A stretch of DNA of 36,980 bases, taken from the NCBI GenBank assembly GCA_023128455.1, contig JAGMDW010000185.1:1-36980 (forward strand), read 5' to 3'. Numbering within the stretch: the first letter of the stretch is position 1; each line of letters begins with the position of its first letter. Below, piece after piece: positions 27,100 through 36,348 of the stretch. Source of the DNA: Desulfurellaceae bacterium. GTDB taxonomy: Bacteria; Campylobacterota_A; Desulfurellia; JAGGSF01. Under the pieces are notes generated by a model. It worked only from the letters and a program-made list of their open reading frames with translations. It was not told the origin of the DNA and did no database searches. The position numbers and the translations under genes are program-made.

Positions 27100-27121
27100 T
27101 ATGTTTTCTATATGTTTTCTA
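27100..27121. repeat. Perfect 11-bp tandem direct repeat TATGTTTTCTA x2
   Basis: Read directly at 27100-27110 and 27111-27121, within the predicted MFS 5' leader. Confidence 0.9.
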
Positions 27122-27172
27122 AAGGTAAGCAGAAATATAATGTTACTAAAGTTTAGTTAAGGAGGGTTGACA

Positions 27173-28420
27173 ATGGCAGAGGGAGAGAAAATCTTAGGGA
27201 TGCGTCCTGAAAGTGGACGATGGATATTCGTTATTGCTGGATTATTGATAAATATATGTCTCGGCACTATTTATTCGTGGAGTGTTTTTAGAAAACCTTT
27301 ACAATCACTCTTTGATGTTGGTGCTACACAAAGTGGATATCCTTTTATGGTATTTTTGGTAGTTTTTGCAATTGCTATGCTCCTTGTCTCCGGTCTGATG
27401 GAAAAGTGGGGACCAAAAAAAATGTCAATCATAGGTGGCATATTAGTGGGTCTCGGCTGGATCTTAGCCAGTCAGGCAAAGAGTATGGGTATGCTCACAC
27501 TGGTTTATGGAATATTGGGTGGATTTGGCGTAGGAATGGTCTATGGATGCCCCGTAGCAGTTGCAGCGAGGTGGTTTCCAGACAAAAGAGGTATCGCTGT
27601 TGGTTTTACGGTAATGGGCTTTGGTCTATCAGCTTTAATTACAGCTCCCATAGCCAAAGCTCTTATTGACGCTGTCGGTCCTATGCCTACCTTCGCCTAT
27701 CTGGGCGTAGCGTTTATTATAATATTGGTAATTTTATCGTTGCCCCTCAGGTTTCCTTCTGTCCAGGGCTGGAAACCTGCCGGTTGGGAACCCCCAGCAC
27801 ATGTCGCAGCTGCTGCTGTTGAGTTGACTCCATCCGAAATGCTGAAAACACCACGTTTCTATGGACTATGGCTGTGTTATGCGATAGGAGTTACTGCCGG
27901 CCTTATGGCTATTATAATAGCCAGTCCTGTAGGACAGGAAATTGTAAAGTTGAGTGCAGGCGCGGCCGCAACCGCTGTTGCGATGTTCGCCATCTTCAAC
28001 GGTATCGGTAGACCGATCTTCGGTTTCTTAACAGATAAATTGACTCCCCGTGGTGGTGCTGTTTTATCGTTTGTAATAATCATCGTTGCCTCAATGATGA
28101 TGTACTTTGGTGCTGGAGAAGGTAGAACTGCATTATTTATGATTTCTTTTGCTATGCTGTGGGGATGTTTAGGAGGTTGGCTGGCCATTGGACCCACTGC
28201 AACAGGTTCTTTCTTCGGTACTAAATATTATCCAAGAAACTATGCCATAATGTTTCTCGCCTACGGTGCCGGTGCCTTCATAGGCCCTTACATTTCGGGA
28301 AGAATTAGAGACATGACAGGCAGTTATCTATCATCTTTTATACCCGTAACAATACTGGCAGTTGTAGGAATCATACTCGCCCTTGCGTTGATGTCACCTC
28401 CCAAGAAGAAAGAAGCATAA
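27173..28420 (+). CDS. MFS transporter, oxalate/formate antiporter (OFA)/monocarboxylate family
   Basis: About 12 TM helices, G.IYSWSVF..PL, WFPDKRG.A.G, NGIGR and FG.K...NY motifs. ATG 27173 has well-spaced SD AAGGAGG. The ORF track uses TTG 27167. Confidence 0.92.
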   Translation: MAEGEKILGMRPESGRWIFVIAGLLINICLGTIYSWSVFRKPLQSLFDVGATQSGYPFMVFLVVFAIAMLLVSGLMEKWGPKKMSIIGGILVGLGWILASQAKSMGMLTLVYGILGGFGVGMVYGCPVAVAARWFPDKRGIAVGFTVMGFGLSALITAPIAKALIDAVGPMPTFAYLGVAFIIILVILSLPLRFPSVQGWKPAGWEPPAHVAAAAVELTPSEMLKTPRFYGLWLCYAIGVTAGLMAIIIASPVGQEIVKLSAGAAATAVAMFAIFNGIGRPIFGFLTDKLTPRGGAVLSFVIIIVASMMMYFGAGEGRTALFMISFAMLWGCLGGWLAIGPTATGSFFGTKYYPRNYAIMFLAYGAGAFIGPYISGRIRDMTGSYLSSFIPVTILAVVGIILALALMSPPKKKEA

Positions 28421-28435
28421 AGCATAAATCAATCT

Positions 28436-28479
28436 AGTAGCGACCCTTCCTTTTTTACTATATTGGAAGGGCCGCTACT
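28436..28479. terminator. Long GC-rich hairpin after the MFS gene (putative terminator, possibly bidirectional)
   Basis: AGTAGCGACCCTTCC / GGAAGGGCCGCTACT forms a 15-bp stem with one mismatch and a 14-nt loop, starting 16 nt after the stop. The U tract is weak on both strands. Confidence 0.6.
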
Positions 28480-28498
28480 TCAAAAACCATCTAACTTA

Positions 28499-28526
28499 TT
28501 GACAAATCTTATAAAATAGGTAGTCT
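28499..28526 (+). promoter_or_regulatory. Putative sigma70 promoter for the 62-aa ORF
   Basis: TTGACA (28499-28504), 16-nt spacer, TAGTCT (28521-28526), then 6 nt to the ATG. Confidence 0.5.
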
Positions 28527-28532
28527 CAAAAT

Positions 28533-28721
28533 ATGTGGGATATATTGAGAGATGCATTTACAAGTACAGCAGGTAGTTTTATAACCATTATTTTAATTGT
28601 CATTTTTATAGTAATATTTGTTTCGTGGCTCGCCCTGCCCTTTATTTTATGGAATATAAAGAGTGAATTGAAAAACATTAAAAACGCATTAGAGAAAAAA
28701 ACGAAAGAAAAAGATGATTAA
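28533..28721 (+). CDS. Hypothetical small single-pass membrane protein (62 aa)
   Basis: Fills an otherwise empty intergenic space and has a promoter-like element. One strongly hydrophobic helix is followed by a charged heptad-like tail. Confidence 0.7.
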   Translation: MWDILRDAFTSTAGSFITIILIVIFIVIFVSWLALPFILWNIKSELKNIKNALEKKTKEKDD

Positions 28722-29857
28722 ATTTCTACTTTCACCGTATCCCAGCTTTTACATTGCGGACAGCGCCAGAAACAAGAAGAAGAAATAAAACCGCACCGTG
28801 TACAAACATACTTCACTTCTCTGCCGCCGACATAATTTAAACTCTCCTTCATTATTTGCATATCCTCATTATCCTTTCCCAATAGTGAAAGTACATCAAG
28901 CAACCTTCGAGTAATATACACTCCCTTAAACCCTCTCTTAAAAAATAAAAAGCGGTATAAACTTAAAGCCTTTGAAGGTTCAGCAATTCTTTCATAGGAA
29001 CAAGCAGCGAAATAAAGAGCATAAATGCTGGTTTTATTTTTAATAAGCATTTCCCTTACTATTCCTTTTAATTTCTTCTTATCTTCTATGTTTTCTAAAA
29101 CGAGACAGGCAAATGACGGTTTCTCTATGGCTATTTTTCTCCATATCTCATATGCTTTTTTCTGTTTATCTTTTGCCATATATACTTTTCCCAACCATAG
29201 ACAAGCATCCACACAGCCCTCATCACTGTCAAAGGCTTTTTTTAGCTTTTCCTGAGCTTTATCTAAATCACCATCAGCAAACAATTTCTTCCCCCATTCC
29301 GTATAAAGATGAGCAACCACATTATCCTCTGACCCAAATCTCTTCTGCCATCTTGCCAAACTTTCCCAATCTTTGTTGTCCTCATAAACCTCTTCTAAAA
29401 ATTTGTGTGCCTGTTTATCCAGTGGGTTTAGTTCTAATGCCTTCTTGAAAGCTTCTTCTGCTCTACTATAGAATCCTGCTTTCTTATAATCCACTCCTAT
29501 ACTGGTAAAAATGTCCGCTTTTTTCTCATGACTCAGGTGAGATCTGCCCAAAAGACTCTTATGTACAATAAGCGCTCTATTGAGCTCTCCCCTCTTCCTA
29601 AATAGGTTACCAATACTCAAATACACATCTATCAAATCCGGTTGATCCTGCACTACCTTGGCCAATTCTTCTATAGCTTTATCCGTCTCATCATCAATTA
29701 TATAACTTATTCCCTTTACATAACCCTCTATACTCTTTTCTCTTGCCTTCTCCTTTCGTTTCTTTAAAAATCTCATTCCATAGCCGCCAAGGAAGCCCGC
29801 TACAAAGGCAACAGAAATATCAAAAACAATTCTTTGACTTATAATTTCAGTCCACAT
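28718..29857 (-). CDS. lapB: LPS assembly protein B (TPR repeats plus rubredoxin-like C-terminus)
   Basis: N-terminal TM, Y..G....I....DKAI, GNLFRKRGE..RA...H, and C-terminal CTRCGF....WRCPQCKSW. Downstream of a LapA-like gene. Confidence 0.9.
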   Translation of the reverse strand: MWTEIISQRIVFDISVAFVAGFLGGYGMRFLKKRKEKAREKSIEGYVKGISYIIDDETDKAIEELAKVVQDQPDLIDVYLSIGNLFRKRGELNRALIVHKSLLGRSHLSHEKKADIFTSIGVDYKKAGFYSRAEEAFKKALELNPLDKQAHKFLEEVYEDNKDWESLARWQKRFGSEDNVVAHLYTEWGKKLFADGDLDKAQEKLKKAFDSDEGCVDACLWLGKVYMAKDKQKKAYEIWRKIAIEKPSFACLVLENIEDKKKLKGIVREMLIKNKTSIYALYFAACSYERIAEPSKALSLYRFLFFKRGFKGVYITRRLLDVLSLLGKDNEDMQIMKESLNYVGGREVKYVCTRCGFISSSCFWRCPQCKSWDTVKVEI

Positions 29858-30176
29858 CTGCTTCTATTTCTTTCTCTTTTTGCTCACTCCTCTCCACTAT
29901 TGGTAGATTTCTTAGATACTCAACCTCTTTTTTTAATTCTTCAGATTCTTTGTTCTTTTTCTTTAACGATCTCCTTAACTCCACTTCACTCAAGTATGAA
30001 AAAAGCCAGCCTATAAGGAGACCTACAAACAGAGTAATAAATACTACCAACCACAAAGGTGAAGGCGAGGATAAAACAGTAAAATATCTTATCTCTACAT
30101 TTTCATTGTTTTGTAAAACAAAAACAATGAAAAAAGCCACCACAATTGCCAGGATAACAACTCTTAAAGTTTTCAT
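29847..30176 (-). CDS. lapA: LapA family protein (DUF1049)
   Basis: Two TM helices around F.LQN...V, PLWLVV...F.GLLIG and a C-terminal coiled coil ending LRNLP. SD AGGAGG. Confidence 0.85.
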   Translation of the reverse strand: MKTLRVVILAIVVAFFIVFVLQNNENVEIRYFTVLSSPSPLWLVVFITLFVGLLIGWLFSYLSEVELRRSLKKKNKESEELKKEVEYLRNLPIVERSEQKEKEIEADVD

Positions 30177-30187
30177 AATCCCTCCTG

Positions 30188-30667
30188 TTAAAAGAACTTC
30201 TTTAACTGGTGATATACCTCATCGTTAGATTCTGCTATCACCTTCGTATCCGAGATAATAGGCATAAAATTGGTATCTGAAGACCAGCGAGGAACAATAT
30301 GAATATGCATGTGATCTTTTACTCCTGCTCCTGCAATTTTACCCAAATTCATACCAATATTGTATCCGTCGGGTTGCATTGATTTATCTATGGCAGAGAT
30401 AGTTTTCCTCACAAATCCATACAATTCTGCCACTTCTTCCGAAGACAGAGAAGTAATATCCGCAGTATGACGGTTGGGAACCACCATTAAATGCCCCGGA
30501 TTATAGGGATAAATATTGATAACAACAAAACAGTATTTCCCCCTGGCGATAACATGATTTTTTTCATCATCATTTTCCTTTAACTTACTACATAAAAAAC
30601 ATCCCTTTTCATCTTTAATACTCAAAACATATTTAATTCTCCACGGCGCCCATAATCTATCCATCAT
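30188..30667 (-). CDS. HIT-family nucleotide hydrolase/phosphorylase (Ap4A phosphorylase-like)
   Basis: [23 protein letters not shown], histidine triad [10 protein letters not shown] and DTNFM. Confidence 0.92.
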   Translation of the reverse strand: MMDRLWAPWRIKYVLSIKDEKGCFLCSKLKENDDEKNHVIARGKYCFVVINIYPYNPGHLMVVPNRHTADITSLSSEEVAELYGFVRKTISAIDKSMQPDGYNIGMNLGKIAGAGVKDHMHIHIVPRWSSDTNFMPIISDTKVIAESNDEVYHQLKKFF

Positions 30668-31965
30668 ATTCTCCTTTTGTCTATCACTCTTTTCGCCTTC
30701 CCCTCACTACGCTTTACAGTGCCGGGTTCTACTAACTTTACGCCTACACTTATCCCTAAAGCACTACGCAATTCATCTCTAATTCGCTCCACTAAAAGCC
30801 TTTGTTTTCTCATCTCATCAAAAAACATCTTTTCCGTCATTTCCACCCAGATTTCCATCACATCCATTGCTCCTTCTCTATCCACTACAATTTGGTAATG
30901 AGGAGATACTCCCTCTATACTGCATAAGACTTCCTCAACCTGGGAAGGAAAAATATTCACTCCTCTAATGATCAGCATATCATCTGTTCTTCCTATGGGT
31001 TTATCCATCTTGATCGTCGTTCGCCCGCAGGAACATTTCTCCCTATAAATCCTGGTTATATCACCTGTTCTGTATCTTAAAACTGGCAAAGCTTCTTTCG
31101 TTAAGGTGGTCAACACCAATTCTCCACATTCCCCTTCGGGTAGAAGTTCTCCTGTCTTCGGATCTACTATCTCTGCTATAAAATGATCTTCAAATATGTG
31201 CATGCCATGTTGAGCAGAACACTCTCCTGCTACCCCCGGCCCTATCACCTCACTCAGGCCATAATTATCGTATGCCTTTATGTTGAGTTCTATCTCAATC
31301 CTCTTTCTCATATTTTCTGTCCACGGCTCTGCGCCAAACAGACCCACCCGCAATTTTAGATCTCTTTTAGGATTAATCCCCTCATTCTTCATCACATCCG
31401 CAATATGTAAAACATAAGATGGTGTCCCTATGAGCACTGTTACACCATAGTCTTTCATCAGCATAACCTGCCTCTTTGTATTGCCACTGGAGATGGGAAT
31501 CACTGTTACCCCCACCTTTTCCAAACCATAATGCAAGCCAAACCCACCTGTAAACAAACCGTAACCGAAAGAAACCTGCGCTATATCTTCTGCTGTTACA
31601 CCACCTGCCACTATAAAACGAGCAACTAAATTTTTCCACACCTCTACATCTCTCTGTGTATAACCCACAACAATAGGCTTACCTGTTGTTCCTGATGAAG
31701 AATGAATACGCACTACCTGTTTTAACGGCACTGCAAACAATCCAAACGGATAGTTTACCCTAAAATCATCCTTTGTAGTAAAGGGAATAAGTCTTAAATC
31801 ATTCAGTGTTTTTATACTTGATGGTTTTAATCCTGCCTTATCCAACTTCTTTTTATAAAAAGGCACTCTTTTGTACACATAATCTACGATATATTGTAAC
31901 TTATCCAATTGCAGTTGTTTGTTTTCTTCCTCGGGCAATGTTTCATTCTTGTCCCAGATCATCAT
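30664..31965 (-). CDS. paaK: Phenylacetate--CoA ligase family protein
   Basis: [45 protein letters not shown] and EGKAKRV. Start placed at ATG 31965 (ATGA overlap). The true substrate is not proven. Confidence 0.88.
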   Translation of the reverse strand: MMIWDKNETLPEEENKQLQLDKLQYIVDYVYKRVPFYKKKLDKAGLKPSSIKTLNDLRLIPFTTKDDFRVNYPFGLFAVPLKQVVRIHSSSGTTGKPIVVGYTQRDVEVWKNLVARFIVAGGVTAEDIAQVSFGYGLFTGGFGLHYGLEKVGVTVIPISSGNTKRQVMLMKDYGVTVLIGTPSYVLHIADVMKNEGINPKRDLKLRVGLFGAEPWTENMRKRIEIELNIKAYDNYGLSEVIGPGVAGECSAQHGMHIFEDHFIAEIVDPKTGELLPEGECGELVLTTLTKEALPVLRYRTGDITRIYREKCSCGRTTIKMDKPIGRTDDMLIIRGVNIFPSQVEEVLCSIEGVSPHYQIVVDREGAMDVMEIWVEMTEKMFFDEMRKQRLLVERIRDELRSALGISVGVKLVEPGTVKRSEGKAKRVIDKRRI

Positions 31966-32396
31966 ATCCCCCAAAAATAATCTGAAGGAAGCAATCCCAC
32001 ACCTATCTCCTTTAATCTTTCTATCGCCTCAACCGTATCTTCAAATCTAAATATCATTACAGCCTTGCCGCTCAATACATTATTAAATGTGTACATATAC
32101 TCAACACTCAAATCCTGTTTGGTGATAGATTGAAGAAGCTTAGCTAACCCCCCAGGCTTATCCTCCACTTCCATTGCCAAAACTTCATCCTTTCTTACAA
32201 TCAAACCATTTTCTTTAAGAATGCTATATGCTACATCTGGTTTATCCACTACAAATCGCAAAATACCAAAATCCACCGTATCTGCTAAAGACATTGCTCT
32301 GATATTTACATCCTTCTCTCCCAAAAGTTGCACCACATGAGCAAATCTACCTTTCTTGTTCTCAATAAAAACAGAAAGCTGAGCAATCCTACACAT
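31962..32396 (-). CDS. ACT-domain (tandem ACT) amino-acid-binding protein
   Basis: [34 protein letters not shown] and VEYMY. This family is commonly found beside paaK-like genes. Confidence 0.92.
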   Translation of the reverse strand: MCRIAQLSVFIENKKGRFAHVVQLLGEKDVNIRAMSLADTVDFGILRFVVDKPDVAYSILKENGLIVRKDEVLAMEVEDKPGGLAKLLQSITKQDLSVEYMYTFNNVLSGKAVMIFRFEDTVEAIERLKEIGVGLLPSDYFWGI

Positions 32397-32400
32397 TATT

Positions 32401-32451
32401 TCCTCCTAAAGCATTTCAACAAAGTATAAACACAAATCCTTAACTTATCAA
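32401..32451 (-). promoter_or_regulatory. Sigma70 promoter and RBS of the ACT-paaK-HIT-lapA-lapB operon
   Basis: Minus strand reads TTGATA (32451-32446), 17 nt, TATACT (32428-32423), with SD AGGAGGA at 32407-32401. Confidence 0.75.
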
Positions 32452-32524
32452 TAATATAACTCTTGCCTTTTCTTCTCTAAGGTGTATTATCTTACTCCAT
32501 CTTACTTCTCTAAAAAGTGAAAAA

Positions 32525-34303
32525 ATGGAAACAAAAAACTATGCTTTAAGAAATATTGCTATTATTGCTCATGTCGACCACGGCAAGACAACTCTGGTAG
32601 ATGCTATGTTCAAACAATCTGGTATCTTTCGAGCAAATGAAAAGGTGAAGGAGTGCATTCTCGATACCTTAGACTTAGAAAGAGAACGAGGTATCACCAT
32701 CATGGCCAAAAACACCTCAGTATGGTATCACAGTACAAAAATTAACATCGTAGATACGCCTGGCCATTCAGATTTTAGCGGTGAGGTAGAACGCACCTTA
32801 AAGATGGTGGATGGTGTTCTGCTGCTGGTAGATGCGGTGGAAGGTCCCATGCCTCAAACCCGCTTTGTTCTACACAAAGCTTTAGAACAAAAACTCACAC
32901 CCATTGTGGTGATCAACAAAATAGACAAAAAAGAAGCTCGTCCCCAAGAAGTATTAAACGAGATCTACGACCTATTTATAGATTTAGATGCCGATGAAGA
33001 CCTCCTTGCCTTTCCTGTGATCTATGCCGTTGGTCGTGAAGGTATAGCCAAAACAAACCTAAAAGATGAGAGTAAAGACTTAATCCCTCTTTTCGAAACC
33101 ATTATTAAAACTATTCCTGCTCCCAAGTCTCTGCGCACAGATACCCTACAAGTCCTGATTTCCAATTTAAGTTATGATAATTACATCGGACGGCTGGCAA
33201 TCGGACGTATCTTTTCAGGAGAAATTCAGTCCGGCAAAGAGATAGCCATTGCCAAGCTCAATGGAGATGTGCAAAAAGCAAAGATCGTTAAACTCCTCGT
33301 GTTTGAAGGCTTAAAACAACAACCTGTTACTCAAGCCGGTTGTGGAGAAATAGTAGCTATTGCTGGTATAGAAAACATTAAAATCGGAGAAACAATTACC
33401 CAATTAGCAAATCCTGTTGCCATGCCCCCCATCATTGTGGATGAACCTACTCTCAGCATGATGTTTACCGTTAACAAATCACCTCTCGCCGGCGAAGAAG
33501 GCATGTTTGTCACCTCACAGCATTTAAAAGAAAGACTTCGTCGTGAGGCGCTGACCAATATTGCCATAAAGATAGAATCCACAGATTCCCATGAGGCATT
33601 TAAGGTATCAGGACGCGGAGAACTCCAACTCTCCGTTCTTATTGAAACCATGCGTCGAGAAGGCTATGAATTTGAAGTTTCAAAACCAGAAATAATCACG
33701 AAGAATATAAACGATGTTGTCCATGAACCCATCGAAGAAATCCTGATAGATATCCCCGAGCCATACACAGGTATGGTAATTGAATTAATGAGCAAAAGGC
33801 GAGGAAAAATGCTAACTATGACAAATCATGGCACTGGATGGGTGCGTTTAAAATTCGAAGTACCAACACGAGGATTAATCGGCTTCCGATCTGAATTCCT
33901 CACTGGCACCAAAGGAAAGGGAACCTTTAATGTAAGCTTTCTCCGATGGGATAAATGGCAGGGAGATATTCGCTATCGACAAACCGGAGCTCTGGTATCT
34001 GACCGCAGTGGCAACACCACTGCCTATGCTCTTCACAGCCTTAAAGACAGAGGCCAATTTTTTATCAAGCCAGTCAAAGCCGTTTATAAAAAAATGATCG
34101 TTGGTGAACGAAATCGCAGCAAAGACCTCTGCATCAATGTATGCCGTCCTAAAAAATTGACCAATGTCCGGGCAGCCAGTTCCGACGAAGCCATTCAATT
34201 AGAACCCCCCCGAATCATGAGCCTGGAAAACTGCATAGAATTTGTCAATGAAGATGAGTTAATAGAAGTTACCCCAAAAAATGTCAGAATGCGTAAGTGC
34301 TAA
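32525..34303 (+). CDS. typA: Translational GTPase TypA/BipA
   Basis: [57 protein letters not shown] and EVTP. Confidence 0.97.
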   Translation: METKNYALRNIAIIAHVDHGKTTLVDAMFKQSGIFRANEKVKECILDTLDLERERGITIMAKNTSVWYHSTKINIVDTPGHSDFSGEVERTLKMVDGVLLLVDAVEGPMPQTRFVLHKALEQKLTPIVVINKIDKKEARPQEVLNEIYDLFIDLDADEDLLAFPVIYAVGREGIAKTNLKDESKDLIPLFETIIKTIPAPKSLRTDTLQVLISNLSYDNYIGRLAIGRIFSGEIQSGKEIAIAKLNGDVQKAKIVKLLVFEGLKQQPVTQAGCGEIVAIAGIENIKIGETITQLANPVAMPPIIVDEPTLSMMFTVNKSPLAGEEGMFVTSQHLKERLRREALTNIAIKIESTDSHEAFKVSGRGELQLSVLIETMRREGYEFEVSKPEIITKNINDVVHEPIEEILIDIPEPYTGMVIELMSKRRGKMLTMTNHGTGWVRLKFEVPTRGLIGFRSEFLTGTKGKGTFNVSFLRWDKWQGDIRYRQTGALVSDRSGNTTAYALHSLKDRGQFFIKPVKAVYKKMIVGERNRSKDLCINVCRPKKLTNVRAASSDEAIQLEPPRIMSLENCIEFVNEDELIEVTPKNVRMRKC

Positions 34304-34368
34304 ATCTCACATCTTTTCTTTATTCGTTGATTATATTTACCGTCAAGGAAATTACCAGCGGTTTTTCC

Positions 34369-34424
34369 TTGACAACAAAAATTTAATAGTATATGTATAT
34401 CGTCATGATTTTAATTGAAAGGAG
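34369..34424 (+). promoter_or_regulatory. Putative promoter (-35 TTGACA) and RBS for hflKC
   Basis: Perfect TTGACA at 34369-34374 followed by an AT-rich but imperfect -10 region. SD GAAAGGAG precedes ATG 34431. Confidence 0.45.
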
Positions 34425-34430
34425 AAAATA

Positions 34431-35450
34431 ATGGAGTGGGACACTGAACGCCCGCCTTCTGTAAAAGAAACTATTGACCGTTTCAAGAGTAAATTCAATC
34501 TAAAATTGCCCGGCATTTTTATTATTATCATAATAATTGTTGTCATCTGGATTCTTTCAGGAATTTATACCGTAGCTCCCAATGAGGTTGGAGTGGTAAA
34601 GAGATTTGGGAAGTTTGCATATACCACCACACCAGGACTTCATTATCGCTTACCCTATCCCATAGAATCACTTTTAAAAGCAAAGGTAGATGAAGTTAAA
34701 AAAATGGAAATAGGTTACATGACTGTCTCTATGGGTCCACCTGCTCGTTACAGAGATATACCAGAGGAATCTTTAATGCTGACCGGAGATGAAAACATAA
34801 TAAGCATACAATTCATCTTGCAGTATAAAATAAAAGATGCCATCAATTATCTGTTCAATGTGAGGGATGTTCGGGAAACTGTCAAAGATGCGACAGAAGC
34901 AGCGATGAGAGAGGTAGTGGGAAAAATCAATATAGATGAAGTTCTCACCGTTGGAAAGTTCCAGGTTCAACAGAATGTTAAAAACTTAAGTCAACAGATA
35001 TTAGACAATTATAAAGCAGGAATACTTATACAGGTAGTTCAATTGCAGGATGTTCATCCTCCGAAATCGGTTATTGAGGCATTCAGGGATGTAGCATCAG
35101 CCAAAGAAGATAAAATCAAAATTATAAATGAATCTGAAGGATATAGAAATGACATTTTACCTAAAGCTAAGGGTGATGCATCCAGGATAGTAAATGAAGC
35201 TCTCGCATATAAAGAAGCAAAAATCAAAGGTGCAAAGGGTGATACCAGCAGATTCATTCAAATCCTAAAGGAGTATCGAAAAGCTAAGAATATCACCAAA
35301 ACACGCCTGTATATAGAAACTATGGAAGAAGTTCTACCTTCTGTTAAAAAGATAATTATAGAAGACAAAACGGGGAAAAATGTCCTCCCTATCCTTCCCC
35401 TGGAAGGAATAAAGGAACTATCCGAGAAACAGATTGAGGAGAAACGATGA
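34431..35450 (+). CDS. hflK: FtsH protease activity modulator HflK
   Basis: TM helix, SG.YTV...E.GVV.RFG, PGLHY..PYPIE, MLTGDENI, V..AF.DV and T..RLY.ETME. Confidence 0.96.
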   Translation: MEWDTERPPSVKETIDRFKSKFNLKLPGIFIIIIIIVVIWILSGIYTVAPNEVGVVKRFGKFAYTTTPGLHYRLPYPIESLLKAKVDEVKKMEIGYMTVSMGPPARYRDIPEESLMLTGDENIISIQFILQYKIKDAINYLFNVRDVRETVKDATEAAMREVVGKINIDEVLTVGKFQVQQNVKNLSQQILDNYKAGILIQVVQLQDVHPPKSVIEAFRDVASAKEDKIKIINESEGYRNDILPKAKGDASRIVNEALAYKEAKIKGAKGDTSRFIQILKEYRKAKNITKTRLYIETMEEVLPSVKKIIIEDKTGKNVLPILPLEGIKELSEKQIEEKR

Positions 35451-36310
35451 AAGGGAAGTTGAGTATTATAGTTATAGCAATTATCATTGTCTTATTGGTT
35501 GTTGTTATCAGCTCTTTATATACCGTTGACCAAACCGAGCAAGCCATAGTCGTTCAGCTTGGTAAACCCGTAGGTGGTATTAAATCTCCGGGTCTCCATG
35601 TTAAAACACCCTTCATTCAGCAAATTATATATTTTGATAAGCGCCTTTTAGTCTATGATTCTCCTCCTACTGAAATTATAACCAGTGACAAGAAAAATCT
35701 CATTATAGATAACTATTCAAAATGGTATATAGAAGACCCTCTCCAGTTCTATAAAAGCGTGAAAAATGAAGCAGGTGCTCAAGCCCGACTGGATGATATC
35801 GTATATGCTCAGCTGAGGGTTGAGTTGGGAAAACACACCCTTACTGAGATTGTATCCAAGTTTAGAAATCAGATTATGATAACGGTAACCAACAAATGCG
35901 ATATGATTGGCAAATCCTATGGGATTAGAGTTACGGATGTCCGCATCAAAAGGGCTGACCTGCCTGAGCAGAATGAACAACATGTCTTTGAGAGAATGAG
36001 AGCGGAAAGATCCAGAGAGGCCATGCGGTACCGGTCTGAAGGAGAAGAAGAGGCGCATAAAATCAGGGCAGGTGCAGATAAAGAGAGAACCATTATACTG
36101 GCAGAGGCTAAGAGAAAATCAGAAGTATTAAAGGGCAAAGGTGATGCAGTAGCCTTTAAAATTTATGCCGAAGCCTATAGTCAAGACCCTGAATTTTATG
36201 CATTTACAAGAAGTCTAGAAGCCTACAAAAATTCCTTGAAAGACAACATGACGCTTGTGGCACCACCAGATTCTCAATTCCTTAAATACCTTCTGCCTAA
36301 GAAAAAATAA
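35447..36310 (+). CDS. hflC: FtsH protease activity modulator HflC
   Basis: TM helix, PGLH.K.PF, T.DKK, DVRIKR.DLP, RM.AER, R.EGEE and DPEFY.F.RSL.AY. ATGA overlap with hflK. Confidence 0.96.
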   Translation: MKGKLSIIVIAIIIVLLVVVISSLYTVDQTEQAIVVQLGKPVGGIKSPGLHVKTPFIQQIIYFDKRLLVYDSPPTEIITSDKKNLIIDNYSKWYIEDPLQFYKSVKNEAGAQARLDDIVYAQLRVELGKHTLTEIVSKFRNQIMITVTNKCDMIGKSYGIRVTDVRIKRADLPEQNEQHVFERMRAERSREAMRYRSEGEEEAHKIRAGADKERTIILAEAKRKSEVLKGKGDAVAFKIYAEAYSQDPEFYAFTRSLEAYKNSLKDNMTLVAPPDSQFLKYLLPKKK

Positions 36311-36348
36311 TTCTATTGAACAGAAAGTCTCCTTAGGTAATAATGTAA

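Noticed and set aside
27406-28197. Alternative-frame and antisense ORFs inside the MFS gene
   Set aside because: They overlap a strongly supported CDS and have no independent evidence.
26842-28721. tRNA-associated prophage or integrative element
   Set aside because: No integrase, no duplicated tRNA 3' end, and the tRNA 3' side abuts a housekeeping gene.
33331-36138. Minus-strand ORFs within typA, hflK and hflC
   Set aside because: Antisense shadows of conserved genes.
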